DNA from: Vicugna vicugna
Lineage: Eukaryota
Assembly: GCA_013265495.1 (NCBI GenBank)
Contig: MU057416.1
Location: 490,545 to 554,544, forward strand
Length of the DNA stretch: 64,000 nt
Reading direction: 5' to 3'
Positions 28,099 to 40,816 of this stretch are shown here, piece by piece. The position numbers and the translations under genes were made by a program. Numbering within the stretch: the stretch's first letter is position 1; each line of letters starts with the position of its first letter. The notes under the pieces are model-generated. The model was not told the DNA's origin, made no database searches, and saw only the letters and a program-made list of their open reading frames with translations.

Positions 28099-29166
28099 TA
28101 TTTTTGTTGTAAATTAATGCAACATTTTATTTCCTGCTGCTTTTCTTCTGCTTCAGATTAAAAAAAAAACGTGTAGTTGCAAAGCAACGTAAGGCACTTT
28201 CAGGTGCTGCCAAGTTTTCAAACTTTCATTCTTGCGGGGCGCTACCTGCACGCACAGGAGGGTGAAAAGTCTTCCTTTGCCACCTCTGGGGTCCTGCGAC
28301 AACTAGGAAGGGAGATTTGCAGCCGTCCCGCAGGCTCTGCCCGGCAGGAAGAGAGCACACGCTGTTTAACAAGAAGCTCGGGTCTGGCTGGGAAGCGGGG
28401 GAGGTGGCTGGCGCGCCTGGCCGCATCTCCACCTGCCCCCGTGACCGCAGACTCTTCTCGGATGTGCTCCCAGCGGGTCAGGTAGGGAGACTGTGTGGTC
28501 CCGTGTTTAAACTGCACGTGCGACATCTGGGTTGTCTCCAGTTCAGACGATTATGAATGCAGCTGCTGCAAACATTAGCATACAGGCTTTTGTGTGAATA
28601 TAAGTTTTCATTCCTCTGGGTTAATTTAAATGCCCAGTGGTGCAAAGGATGGGCCATACGGTAGCTGACTGTTTAATTTGTGAAGCAAACTGCCAAACTA
28701 TTTTCCAGGGCTGTTCACAGCCTTTCTTTACGAGCTTCTTGATGCTTGCAGGTCCTGTGATGAGATCCCCTGCCTCATTTCTGATATTGCTAATTTAACA
28801 AATAGTGGTACACCCAGTATCAACCACATACTGCTCAGAAATAAAAAAGGAGCAACAATCTGAATACGGCTGAATTACTCCAAGTGAAAAACTCCATCTC
28901 AAAAGCTTATATAATGTGCTATTCCATTTGGATAAGTTTTTGAGATGACACAACTTTAGGAGGAGAGAACAGATCAGCAGGTGCTGGGGTGCAGGAGGGG
29001 GCAGCGGGCCTGCGTCTGTGCTGTCCCGGGCTCAGTGTCTAAGTGCTCCTGTCCTCTGGTTGACAAGCTGGTGTCACTGGGAGACACTGCGTAAAAGGGA
29101 CATGACGTCTCTGTCTCAATCCAGTGGAAGAGTCTGTAAGATTTATGACTTCTTAAAAACACTCAT

Positions 29167-29592
29167 CACCAATAAGCACATGAAAAGATACTCAACATTG
29201 CTAATTTTTAGAGAAATGCAAATCAGAACCACCAGGTATCACTTCATACAGCTCAGGATGGACATCATCAAAAAGTCTACAAGTAATCAGTGCTAGAGAG
29301 GGTGCGGAGAAAAGGGAGCCTCCTGCACTGCTGGTGGGAGTATAGTTTGGTGCAGCCACTATGGAGAACAGTATGGAGGTTCCTTAAAAAACTAAAAATA
29401 GACCCTATGATCCAGCAATCCCACTCCTGGGCATATATCCAGATAAAATTCTAATTCAGAAAGATACACACACCCCAATATTCACAGCAGCACTATTTAC
29501 AGTAGCCAAGTCATGGAAGCAACCTCAATGTCCATCCACAGATGGCTGGATAAAGAAGATATGGGGTGTGTGTGTGTGTGTGTGTGTGTGTA

Positions 29593-29635
<43 letters not shown>

Positions 29636-30110
29636 GGAATATTACTCAGCCATAAAAATGAAATAATGCCATTTGCAGCAACATGGAAGAACCTAGAGAT
29701 CATCATACTAAGTAAAGTAAGTCAGACAGAGAAAGACAAATACCATATGATATCACTTATATGTGGACTCTAAAAAATAGAATGCAAATGAACTTACTTA
29801 CAAAACAGAAGCAGACTCACAGGCATAGAAAACAAACTATGGTTACCAAAGGGGAAGAGGGGGAAGGATAAATTAGGAGTCTAGGATTAACATATACACT
29901 CTACTAGATATAAAACAGATAAACAACAAGGTCCTACTGTACAGCACAGGGAACCATATTCAACATCTTGTAATAACCTATAATGAAAAAGAGTCTGAAA
30001 AAGAGTATGTGTGTGTGTAACTGAATCACTATGCTGTATATCTGAAGCTAACACAACATTGTAAATCAACTATACTTCAATAAAGAATGTTTATAAAATA
30101 AAATAAAATC
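29167..30110 (+). mobile_element. L1 ORF2 end and 3' UTR containing (TG)n(TA)n
   Basis: NKHMKRYSTLLIFREMQIRTTRYH ORF2 motif, complete 3' UTR and A-rich tail. Microsatellite at 29565-29632. Confidence 0.92.
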
Positions 30111-31322
30111 GAACACCCACCAAGTAGCATACACAGAGGAGCAAAACTCCAGGTACGCAGCTCCAGACTGTATGCACCCATTTTAAGAAACCACTCTGCA
30201 CACCAGGAAAGGACTATGACCTTTTCTGAGCCGAGAGTTTTCCTCCCTCCTCCTTCCCCGGCTGAGGAGTCCCCTCCGTTTCGTTGCTGTCGTACACTGA
30301 CCCCACAGCACGGCTTTCGCTGCCTCTGTGAGTCTCACAGCTCTTTGCAGAGGCGTCCTTATAACCTGACCTCTTAGCACAGAAATTATTTTTTTCAGTC
30401 TCTCTCCTCTGGCTCCTCTGGAGCATAACCTTTGCCTTGGTTATCTTTTAAAAATTTTCTGTTGCATGGAGGGGCTCAGTGGCTTTTCTTTAAAGTAATA
30501 CGGTGGGGAAAAAATGATGGTAGACGCTTAGGAGTTGCAGAAAAATACCAAGGGACTTTCAAAGATTATCAGATAAAACGTTATTAGAACAGAAAGGAAG
30601 GGGAAGATATAAATTAAGAAGGATGAAGTGGGAGTGTGTTTAGGGAGGGGCGGGATGTAGGTAAGTGGAGTGGAAATGGGGAGGCTGGACGTGGGAAAGA
30701 CAGAGGGAGCGTGTGCGCGAGGCTGAGCGAGAGTGTCGGGGCGGCTGTAACCTGAAACTGTGGGAACCAAGTCAAGGGGAAAAGTTGATGACTGTTTGTG
30801 AGGAGGGAAGGAAGAATTTGTGGGAAAAACTTGAAGGCTGCACAAAAAAAATGCCTGGTTTGAAATGAAGGCGTCCATCACAGCGTGGTGAGCTGGACGC
30901 TGCTGGACGCTAGTCAATAAAAGATGTAAAAATGGCTCATGTGTCCCCCAGGGCTTCACACGGGCACCAGGGGGATGCGCTGGGCATTATTCCATTTGGT
31001 CCTCATGACGACCTGTAAAGGAGGCAGAGCGCTTCTCGCCTCAGTCCATAAAAGGAGACACTGGTTCTGGTCTCAAGAAACTCGTAACAAATTAACGAAG
31101 AGGAATAAAAAGGTATCAGTAACTGACGGCAGTGAGCGGATGACAGTAAGTGTCTTCTACGTGTTCATGGCTGGCGGGAGGCCACCAGTGGCATCCAATG
31201 TAAAGAGGTTAAGGACACAGCTAATTAACCTGCAAAGCACAGAGCAGCCCCCACGCAGAGAGCCGGTCGGCCTCAACGTCAGGAATGCCAGGGCCGAAAA
31301 CTCTTGGTGCCCAGAAACCCAC

Positions 31323-31456
31323 TAACGGTAAGTATCCAGAGAAACTGCTTATAAAAACAGGCATCTTTGGCACATGCACGTCCGGTATTATGAGCACAGA
31401 TTTCAGATGGCGCTCTTCACTTGGGTGACAGGAGGTAACCTGCTTTGTTTCAGTAC
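31323..31456 (-). CDS. Penultimate coding exon: (G)TETKQVTSCHPSEERHLKSVLIIPDVHVPKMPVFISSFSGYLPL
   Basis: 134 nt. Acceptor T10-ag, donor TTA|gtgggt (moderate). Only one frame is open. Phase 1 in and phase 0 out, compatible with both neighbouring exons. Confidence 0.78.
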
Positions 31457-31539
31457 CTAAAAAAAAAACAGTAATTTTTCTTTTGGCAAAAATATCATGC
31501 TTCAATAGAAAATAGTCATTGCTTGAAATAACAAAATCC

Positions 31540-33230
31540 AGAATGTGGGGTTTCCTACAGAATGAATGAGCCCGTTTCTTTCAACAAATACATTATGGGG
31601 AAAACACACATGAGGGGGTGGGGAAACCGCTGATAAAAAGAGACTGAAGAGTCATCTCAGTCAATTATAAATAATCTATAAACTTGTTTACATTCTAATT
31701 TGAATGAAAACCTCCTTAAAAATTTATAAAACAACCAGAGCAACTGAGCACTAGGCAGACATTTGATAATATTAAAGGGTTGTTGGTGTTTTAGGTGTAA
31801 TAATAATATAATAATATCATAGCAAGTTATAAAAAGAGACTTTCCCTTTTAGAGAGATATATGGAAATAGTAAAGGATAAAAGTACATACTATCTGAGAT
31901 TTGTGGGAAGAATGAGGTGTTGGTACATGTGAAAAATCATTGGTGAGCTGATAATTTTTGGAGCTGGGTGATGGGTAACACGGGTTCACTGTACTATATT
32001 CTGTGCTTGTATGTATTTGATATAATCCCTAAAATAGGTTTTAAAAGCATTTTACCCATACACATAGATCAACCCAGTTCATCATAAAAATAACACTGTA
32101 GTGCAGTGGGAAATGCATGGTCTGGTCAATAAATGGTACGGCAACAACTGATTATCCATTAGAGAAAAGAAAACAGTATCTTAACCTCCTCTCACTTAAG
32201 TTACAAAAATCAATTAAAGTTAACTGTGATCTGAGCGTGAACGGTAAAGCGGTACCAGTTTTAGATGAAAACTTGAGCGACCATCTTCATGACTCTGAAG
32301 TAGCACAACTTCTGTTAAACAAAACACAAACAGCTGTAACTAGAAAAACAGAGGCAGACCCATAACGTCTGTTCATCAAGTGACAAAAGTAATAGAAGAG
32401 AAAAAGAGGACATCCACCATGCATTTGCCCTGCCAGACATCCTGTCTAGGCTATGCAGGAACATCTACAAACCCACAAAGACAAGACAGAAAACTTCGCG
32501 GGAAAGTGGGCAAAAACACTTCAGCCATTCACAGAAAGGTGTCTACCCAAGCTGGCCAATAAGCACAGAAGACACTCAGACTTGTCCTTTGTTGATAAAT
32601 GCAAAGCAAAGCCGCAGCGTGCTGTCTCTATTACCTCACCAGAACTGATGAGGTGAGAAGACACACAGATGATACCAGATGTTGGTGAGGACCTGTGGCA
32701 ACTCTGTTCTGTACGTCTCTGGCGTAAGATGCACACGTGCACAGCCTCTCAGGAAAGCTGTTGAGCGGTGTTCTCCACCGTGTGACACGGCGACGCAAAT
32801 CCCACAGACGGTTCTCCCTGTCGGAACTGCAGGCGCAGGCTTCCCTGCACCAAAACGCTCGCACGTCTAGGGAACCCCTGTGTGTCAGTAAAAAGGAGCT
32901 GATCACAACTATACGCGAAACCAGTCCTCAGTCTCCCAAGTATCATGTCAAACCGGGAGCCACACAAGACAAAATAAAGACAATGTAATTTCTTTTGAAT
33001 ACAGTTTAAAGACAGGTGAAGCCAAGCGATGGTTTTAGAAGTTGAGAGGTATCATTTTGGGGGAGGGGAGTAAAAAGTCGGGGTGATCGAGGGGCTCTCG
33101 AGACCCAGCAGTTCCCTCTGGCTTGGCTGAGGTGGTGGTTACACAGGCACATTCAGTTTCTGAAAATTCATTGAGCAATATGTCTAAGATACACCCACGT
33201 GTGTGCGCACACATCCTATTTCAGTAAAAA
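31540..33230 (+). mobile_element. Ancient L1 fragments (L1MC4-like and L1MD/ME-like)
   Basis: gagctgggtgatggg...gttcactgtactat and gatgataccagatgttggtgaggac...ggtggtggttacacagg motifs. Confidence 0.7.
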
Positions 33231-34263
33231 TGGCCTCAAAGACACTACTGGCTGTGCCTCGTGTTAGCGCCCAGAGTCGGCTTCAGAGAAATTGAACACC
33301 CTGGAGGAAGCGCTCGCTCACTCAGTTCTCAACAGTGTTTCTCTTGATGTTTCTGACAATGTGACACGATGAGAGAATAAAAGCATCTTTAAAAATAGAA
33401 AAACTGAATCATGATAAAAAAAATCAAATATTGCCGCAGACTGATGACGGATATTAGCTTTGATAAAGTGTCAAAGAAACTGGAATGAAAATTATTATTG
33501 TATTCTCATGATTTTAAAGAAATATTTCAATATACAATGAATCAATCCAGATGTGCAAAGATGTATTTGCTTAAACTACGTAATATCCTATGTAATTGGA
33601 AATGTTAAAACTTGGAATTTTTTTTTTCTTAATAAGTCCTTACTAAAAACTAAGCAGGAAAGAAAATACTGTAATTGAAGTGACCTTTCCCAGAAATGCC
33701 ATTATTTACAAACTACGAATTACTCTTTTGGGGGGAAGTAATGCTTCGATACCTGTCAGTTGGTTCTCAATAATATTTTTTATCTCAGCAGTGTGCTACC
33801 ATGGAAGGAAAACAAAGAAGCACATATTAAAAAGTATATCATTACAAAATCATTTCTCTCTAGAAAAAGATTATCACAAAACTATGCAATGGGAGGCACA
33901 GAATAACAGAAGGATTAAGACTGAACTGTATTGACTGTTCATCACGTTCTAGGTTGAATTCTTGGCTCCGTATATTTTTTTTAACTCTTAGAACAATCCA
34001 TTGAGGTTGATGACATTGTCCTATTGTGCAAATCAGTGTTGCCGAAATATGAAAAGATAGGAAATGGCTGGAATTTTAATTGAGGCGTGAGTGACAGGAA
34101 GGGCATGATCGGCGTGGACTGGAGCAACCAAGGGTGTTTTCACAACGAACTGATTCCGACTTGGACCCTGAAGCACAGGTCACGTTACATGTGGGAGAAG
34201 CGCTCATCGCAGAGGGAGGAGATTAAAATGAGAGACACATCGTGTTCCCCTTACCTCTGAGGG

Positions 34264-35184
34264 TTATGGCAGGATGAAAGCTGGTCCCCAAAGACACCCA
34301 GATCCTAATCCCTGAAAACTGAAAATGTTACTGTATATGGGAAGAGGGTCTTTGCAGATATGATTAAGTTAGAAATATTGAGACACGGAGATTATCCTGG
34401 AGAGTCTGAGTGGACCCTAAATGGGGTCATGTGACCGAGCAGGACCCTGGGGGATCCTCCAGGGGGTCAGGCCTCTCCCCTAGACCCTCTGTGGCAGCTT
34501 CTCTCTGAAGCACCCAGAGAATAGTATCTCATGCATATTTCTTGAGTTTTGCAGATGCTAAAAACCACCATTGAAGGGGAGAAAGGAACTACTTGATGAT
34601 GGAGAGCACGTGGCCCCCAGACCTTCTGGCACCCAAGGGGTGACAGTGTTGACCTTCCTGCTCCCCCCACATCAACCAGGGAATCGTGCACGAGCAGGTA
34701 GCATACCTGTGACCCCCTCCCTTACCTGGCCTTTAAATATGCTTTGCTGCAACCCTTCGGGGAGTTTGGGGGTTTTCTTGGGCATGAGCCACCCGACCTC
34801 CTTGCTCGGCCCTGCAGTCACCCTTTCTCTGCTCCAAACTCACGTTTCAGTGTGTCTGGCCTCACGGCGTGGCCGGCACAGGAACAGTCATGAGCACCCT
34901 CACGAGGGGAGGCTGGGGGGGGTCTCACCCCCACGAGGGGGAAGCAGTGCTTGGAGTGTGGCAGCCACGAGACCAGGAAAGCCACGAAAGCCAGAAGAGC
35001 CCAGGAGTGGACTCTGCCCCCAGCGGGAGCCCGGCCGGGGAACATCTTGGCTTTAGCTAATATAAATTATTTTGAACAAATTCTAGCCTCCAGAATTTTA
35101 AAAGAACGAATCGGAGTCTGTGTATTTGTTTTAAGCAGCCAAGTCCGTGGCAGTGCGTTTAGAGCTAGCGCAGGAAATCATACA
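34264..35184 (+). mobile_element. MLT1C/D LTR split by a younger LTR
   Basis: 5' part ccccaaagac...gtctttgcagatatgattaagtt...gagattatcctgga. 3' part ttctagcctccagaa...gttttaagc...ggaaatcatac. Confidence 0.85.
34430..34886 (+). mobile_element. ERV1-class solo LTR
   Basis: TG...CA termini with 4-bp TSD gtca (34426-34429 and 34887-34890). TATA-like tttaaatat near 34732. Confidence 0.85.
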
Positions 35185-35429
35185 AGGCTCAGAGGGCCTC
35201 GTGGGGGCCCAGGGACAGGTCCAGAGCCTTGCGTCGCTGGGGCTGACGCTCATCTGACTGGACTGAGGCCCCAGGGGCTTTGCTTCAGCTGTTTCCTGCT
35301 CGGGCTCTCCTTTCACTTGAGTCGGAGGTCACAGCATAGGGAGTGGCTTAGGGGGGACTAGAGAGTCCCATGTCGCTCTCGCCACCCCAACTGCCAAACT
35401 GTCCACCCTCTTCCCCAAAGAGAGATCAC

Positions 35430-35760
35430 TTCCCCCCCGACTTCCCACAGACAGCGCTCGCGTGGGGCGCTTGTGAGGGCAGAGCGTCTGGGCACGAAAG
35501 CGGCACGTCACAGGAGCCAGACGACAGGACGGCAGGAAGGGGTCTCTCTTCCTGCGCCGACCGCAGCAGGGGAGGCGGCGCTGCAGGAGGCAGCCGGGGG
35601 GCGGCCGAGACACCGGTCACCCCCCCACACCCCTCCGCGGCCCCCGGCGTGAGACCAGCAGGGAGGAGGCGCGGAGAGAAGGCCAAGCCGTGGAGAGACG
35701 GCACCTTCAGGACAGAGGCGTCTCAGCACGCACAGGTCTAGGACCCCCCCTCTCGCTGGT
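35430..35760. other. Intronic CpG/GC-rich patch
   Basis: High CG density, no supported exon. Confidence 0.5.
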
Positions 35761-36214
35761 CCGGCCTTTCGTCTTGGGAGGGAAGGGACACTTGACAGAG
35801 GAAGAGCTTGATTCGATTCGTAAAAGGAAATCATTAGGGCCTGTGAGAGACTCCGTGGGGAAGCATTTATTCTGTGACTCTGTCAAAGGCGATGCTGACT
35901 TTGCCTGGTTCTGTATGAAAGAACATTAACAAACTTATTTCAGAGATGGAGACGAATTGGAAGTCTTCTCCTAGACACCTGCAGCACTGCTGCTGGACAC
36001 ACTCCCACCATTTACTTAAATGACGAGTAAGAGCATTAATGTTCCAGCTGCAGAAAATTGGTGGGAACCGGATGGTCAGTTCTGGGTAAACACCCTCCGC
36101 CTTAGACACGGACCAGCGCATCAGCGCGAACGAGGAGGACGCTGCGTGCAGCCCGCAGGCCCCTGCTCCCTGGCTGAGCAGGGTGCAACTTGAAGACTGA
36201 GTTCAACCACACAG

Positions 36215-36800
36215 GAAACTCATCTATCAATCAAAGGAAATCAAACTGAAACTACAATGAGATGTCACCTCAGGCCTGTGAGTGTGGCCATCATCAGAAA
36301 GGCAAGAGGGAACAAACACTGGGAATGTGCATAAAGGGAACCCGTGGGCACTGCTGGTGGGATTGTAAACGGGTGCAGCTGCTGTGGAACACGGTATGGA
36401 GGTTCCTCACAAATTAAAACTAGAGCTACTGTATGGGCCAGCAATCCCACTTCTGGGAATATAGCTAAAGAAAATGAAAACCCTGTGTCAAGGAGATGTC
36501 TGCGCACCTGTGTCCACAGCAGCGGTGTCTACAAGAACCAAGACCTGGAAACGACCCACGTGTACATCACTGATGGATGAACGGGCAAAGAAGTTGTGGT
36601 GCATACACACACACACACACACACATACGCAACGGAGTATTATTCAGCCATGAAAATGAAGGAAATCCTGCGATCCGTGATAACACGGGTGGAACTTGAG
36701 GGCACTGTGCTAAGTGGCATAAGCCAGACAGAGCGAGAGACACTGTATGACATCACCTACATGTGGAATCTAAAAGCAACAAGAATCCAAACCACCCAAA
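36215..36800 (+). mobile_element. L1 ORF2 end/3' UTR containing (CA)n
   Basis: aactacaatgagatgtcacctca...cagcaatcccacttctggg...YYSAMKMKEIL. Confidence 0.88.
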
Positions 36801-39334
36801 ACTTAAAAAAAAGAGATAAGATTACCCAGCGGGTAAACACAGAGTCAGGATGCTTTTCAAACTTACACAGAAAAACTGTCAAATGTAGCCACACACCCTT
36901 CTGCTGACTGCTGGTCTCATCCCGCAGCCCTGCACCCCAGGGGCCCAAACCCCCCCAGCAAGCCGTTGCTTCACCTAAATCTCTGCGGGAGGATACGGAG
37001 GCCCACGTGCCTCACAGCCCTGCCTCGCAGAGACCTCGCTTGCGGGCCTGTCACCAACAAAACCAACGACTGAGGCACCAAGCATGTGGGAACTGGCTGC
37101 CCAGGGACCCCAGCCTCGCGCACAGATGTTTTAACTGACGCAACCTGACGCTCTGCCAACAACATACACCCAGTTAGACCACGTGACTTAAATCCTAACT
37201 GCAACGAACCCCTCTCACCACCCTTCTAAACAAAACCTTGTCCTGTACCAGATTTATGGTGTTTCTCTATAGAACACCTGCCACTGCTCCAAAGCTGCCT
37301 CTGGCCTGGGTGGCCTGCAGTTGTGGCTACAGTCCTCCTCTCTCTCATCTCGGTATCCGTGGTGCCCCTGCCAGAGTTCTGCTGTGAGGCAGTGGATTAA
37401 GTAAACAACATGCCGTAAGCATTTTCAAAGGTGACGATGCCACAGTCCTTTGTTCCTTTTAAAGTCCTGTCCGCTTCCCCAGGGTGACCACTTCACAGAT
37501 CGTAAGATAACATGACAGGGAACCCAGGCTGTTACTGCTCACAAGAGCGCACACTGTGTAACTCCTACAGGAAACAAATGCTAACGGCTTGACAGTCACC
37601 CATTGGATGACAACTGTCTTCCTTTTCTTTTCCTTCCTTTAAGATTTCTTAATCAAGTTTCATTAGATCGGCCCACGCACTACCTTTGGCAGATATTCAC
37701 GTGAATGTATGAAATAGAAGGAGATGGAGTAAGGCACCTGAGGGACAGGGCAGAACCCCAGCCCAAGTGTCTGACTCCAAAAACGAAAGCTTTTCTTATT
37801 ATGCTCCATCCTTGAATAAGGTATTTGAAATTGCCCTGCACATATTAAGGCTAAAATAAATGTCATATTTCTTTATTCATTAAAAAATGATTTAGGCAGT
37901 AACTTATAAATTCACATAGGCTCTTGGGCTTTTCCTGTGCCTGGTCCAAGTGCCTAAAACCTCCCGTCAAGACATAGATCGATCTTTACTGTTTGCTATC
38001 AGCTCACAGTATAAGCTCCAGTCTAAATAAGATTATATACATGTTCACAAAAAAGAAGAAATGTGCTCTTCTCATTCCTTCTAAAATTCTCAAAGTTCTG
38101 TACAACCAGTTGCTGTGAGATTTTTACATAGCTTATTCGTGTACAAAATACATGGGTTTTTGCTTTGTCTAAATAAACCATCCATTTTTACTACCGTAGA
38201 GGATCAAAGGCATTATGTTTCTAATACTGACATGGAAAAGGATTAAATCATGGGTTACGTGAAAGAGATTAAAGGGTAAGGCATGGTTTTTGTAGGCTAA
38301 TTGGTACCTAGATTCTGTGGACCTACGCTTTTTAATGGTAATACTGCTAAAATCCTGCAAAAGGCTTCCAAACTTAAGACACTGGAATGAAACTATGTCA
38401 TTTCCTTCTCCAAATTGCCTGCTTTGCCTCTCAACACAGAAGCTAATAAAAGCTAAGAGCATTCTAGTGGGATACCTACACTAGCTTTTTTGGGAGTGGA
38501 GGGGGTTTGGACCTACTCAACAGTGAATCAGAGCAAAAGCAGTTACTTCAATCAACGTTAACGGCGTACAAATGTTAAACTTTAAGCTCTTACACAACTT
38601 CAGACGTAAAAGGCAATCAGAAAGAAACTATCACACAATGTAACGGAAGGGTTACTATTGTTACGTAGCATTTCGTACAGCTGCCCAAGTTGCCATAATT
38701 TTAATCCAACAAGTGATTTCTTTTTAACAATTAACCAAAATCTAGATTCTTATGTGAAACCTACATAAGGAAAGTCATACATTAGCAGCTGAACTTGGGC
38801 CTTGATGGAGAAATTATTTGTGATAGTTCTCATTTTGGAGTTAATAAAAAAAATTTCTATCCACTTCCACATGGATTTCATATTTTAAAATGCCATTATT
38901 CAGACTAACCATGGCTGATGACTAATACCCAAGTGTCCCTGTGAGAAAGCCTGGCAGCAGGAGCCTGAATCTCGCCTCTTATCTTCCTCCCCAATCTTAC
39001 AGAATGAAACCTACAATTAACTCTAAACAACTCTAACTAGGTTAAAAATTTTTTTTCACTAAACGCCAGACTAATTGGAACATAAATTTCTGACTAGTTT
39101 ACTTCAATATTTATTTGTTCTTGTAGCAGTCCTTAAAATCTTTCATAAGATTATTTTGCCCATTAATTTGTTTGCAGTCTGAAGCCAGAGGCTTCTCAAA
39201 TTAAAAACAAATAATAGTAAATAGTTGTTCTTGGGTGACACCCTATTTTTGTCGGCTGTTTTTACTTTTTGAAATTAGATTGTTTATTTGTGTTATGCAC
39301 AAATGGCTCTGGGGGAGCAAACGGAGCAATCTAC

Positions 39335-39476
39335 CTGGAAATAAGCCAGCTGCTTTCAACACTGCATTTCCAGTGGCTGAAGGAGTCCGCTGTCTGTGCG
39401 TGCCCAGCAGGGTCCTCAGTGACAGGAGGGATTCTTGACCCTGTGGCTTTGGAATACCTTTAACCAAAAGCACTGT
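39335..39476 (-). CDS. Internal coding exon (antepenultimate) of an unidentified minus-strand gene: TVLLVKGIPKPQGQESLLSLRTLLGTHRQRTPSATGNAVLKAAGLFP+G
   Basis: 142 nt. Acceptor ttcttgcttgtcttgctgttcag, donor CAG|gtagat. Only one frame is open. It starts in phase 0 and ends in phase 1, matching the next exon (G|GT = Gly). Confidence 0.75.
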
Positions 39477-39744
39477 CTGAACAGCAAGACAAGCAAGAAC
39501 GATAATTTTTTCACATTCTACACGGTACATAAGATACGATGCATTCTCCCCTTTCTCCACCAGGGCGACATGCACCTGCTCCCCTCTCTTTCAGCTTACA
39601 TTCTCGTGTAGCGATACTTTTCAGTGGATGAAAACTGTTCCCTGCAGCAGCTGGGTTAGTAATTTGAGACCATCTTCCATGTGTGCTGAAACAGGTGTAT
39701 TCTATTTATTTATATTTTTAATTTTGGGGGAAATTGGGTTCAGG

Positions 39745-40816
39745 AAAGGAAGGAGTAACACTGTGGCCACGTGCAGGTGACACGGTCCTGTATATGGAAA
39801 ATCTTAAGGCTGCTGCTAGTGCTCATCAGTGATTTTGGTAAAGTTGCAGGATACAAGACTAATTTACAGAAATCGTTTCATTTCTGTACGCTAACAATAA
39901 AATATCAGAAAGAGACATTAAGGAAATGATCCGATTTACCATCTCACTAGGACACATAAAACGCTTAGGAATAAACCTATCCAAGGAGGTAAAAGACCTG
40001 TACTTGAAAAACTATAAGGCACTGAAGAAAGAATCTGAAGACATAAACAGATGGAAAGATATACCAAGTTCTTGGGTTGGAAGAATCAATACTGTTAAAA
40101 TCGTCACACATACTATTCCTATCAAATTACCAATGACATCTTTCCCAGAACTGGAACAAAAAATGTCAAAGTTTGTATGGAAACACCAAAGACCCCAAAT
40201 AGACAAAACAATCTGGAAAAAGAAGGAAGGAGCTGAGGGAATCACGCTCCCTGACTTCTGACTACACTACAAAGCCACGGTCGTCAAATAGTGTGGCACT
40301 GGCACAGAAACAGACACATAGATCAATGGAATAGGATAGGAAAAGTTCAGAAATAAACCCACGCACTTATGGTCAATTAATATACAATAAGGGAGGCAAA
40401 AGCATACAATGGAGAAAAGACAGTCTCTTCAGTAAGTGGTGCTGGGAAAACTGAACAGCTACATGTAAAAGACTGAAATTAGAACATTCTCTAACACCAC
40501 ATATAAAAATAAACTCAAAGTGGATTAAAGACCTAAACGTAAGACCAGATACTATAAAACTCCTAGAGGAAAACATAGAACACTCTTCGACATAAATCAT
40601 AGCAACATTTTTTTGGATCTGTCTCCTAAAGTAAAGGAAATAAAAGGAAAAATAAACAAATGGGACCTAATTAAATTCAAAAGCTTTTACACAGCAAAGG
40701 AAATCATCAACACAATGAAAAGACAACCTACTGAATGGGAAAAAATATTTGCAAATGATACAGCAGATAAGGGGTTAATATCCAACATATATAAACAGCT
40801 CACACAACTCAACACC
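39745..40816 (+). mobile_element. L1 ORF2 fragment (post-RT region)
   Basis: IKRLGINLSKEVKDLY...WKDIPSSWVGRINTVK and KINKWDLIKFKSFYTAKE...EWEKIFAND. Confidence 0.95.

Noticed and set aside
34571..35361. 161-aa and 136-aa ORFs
   Set aside because: They run through LTR sequences. No gag/pol/env motifs.
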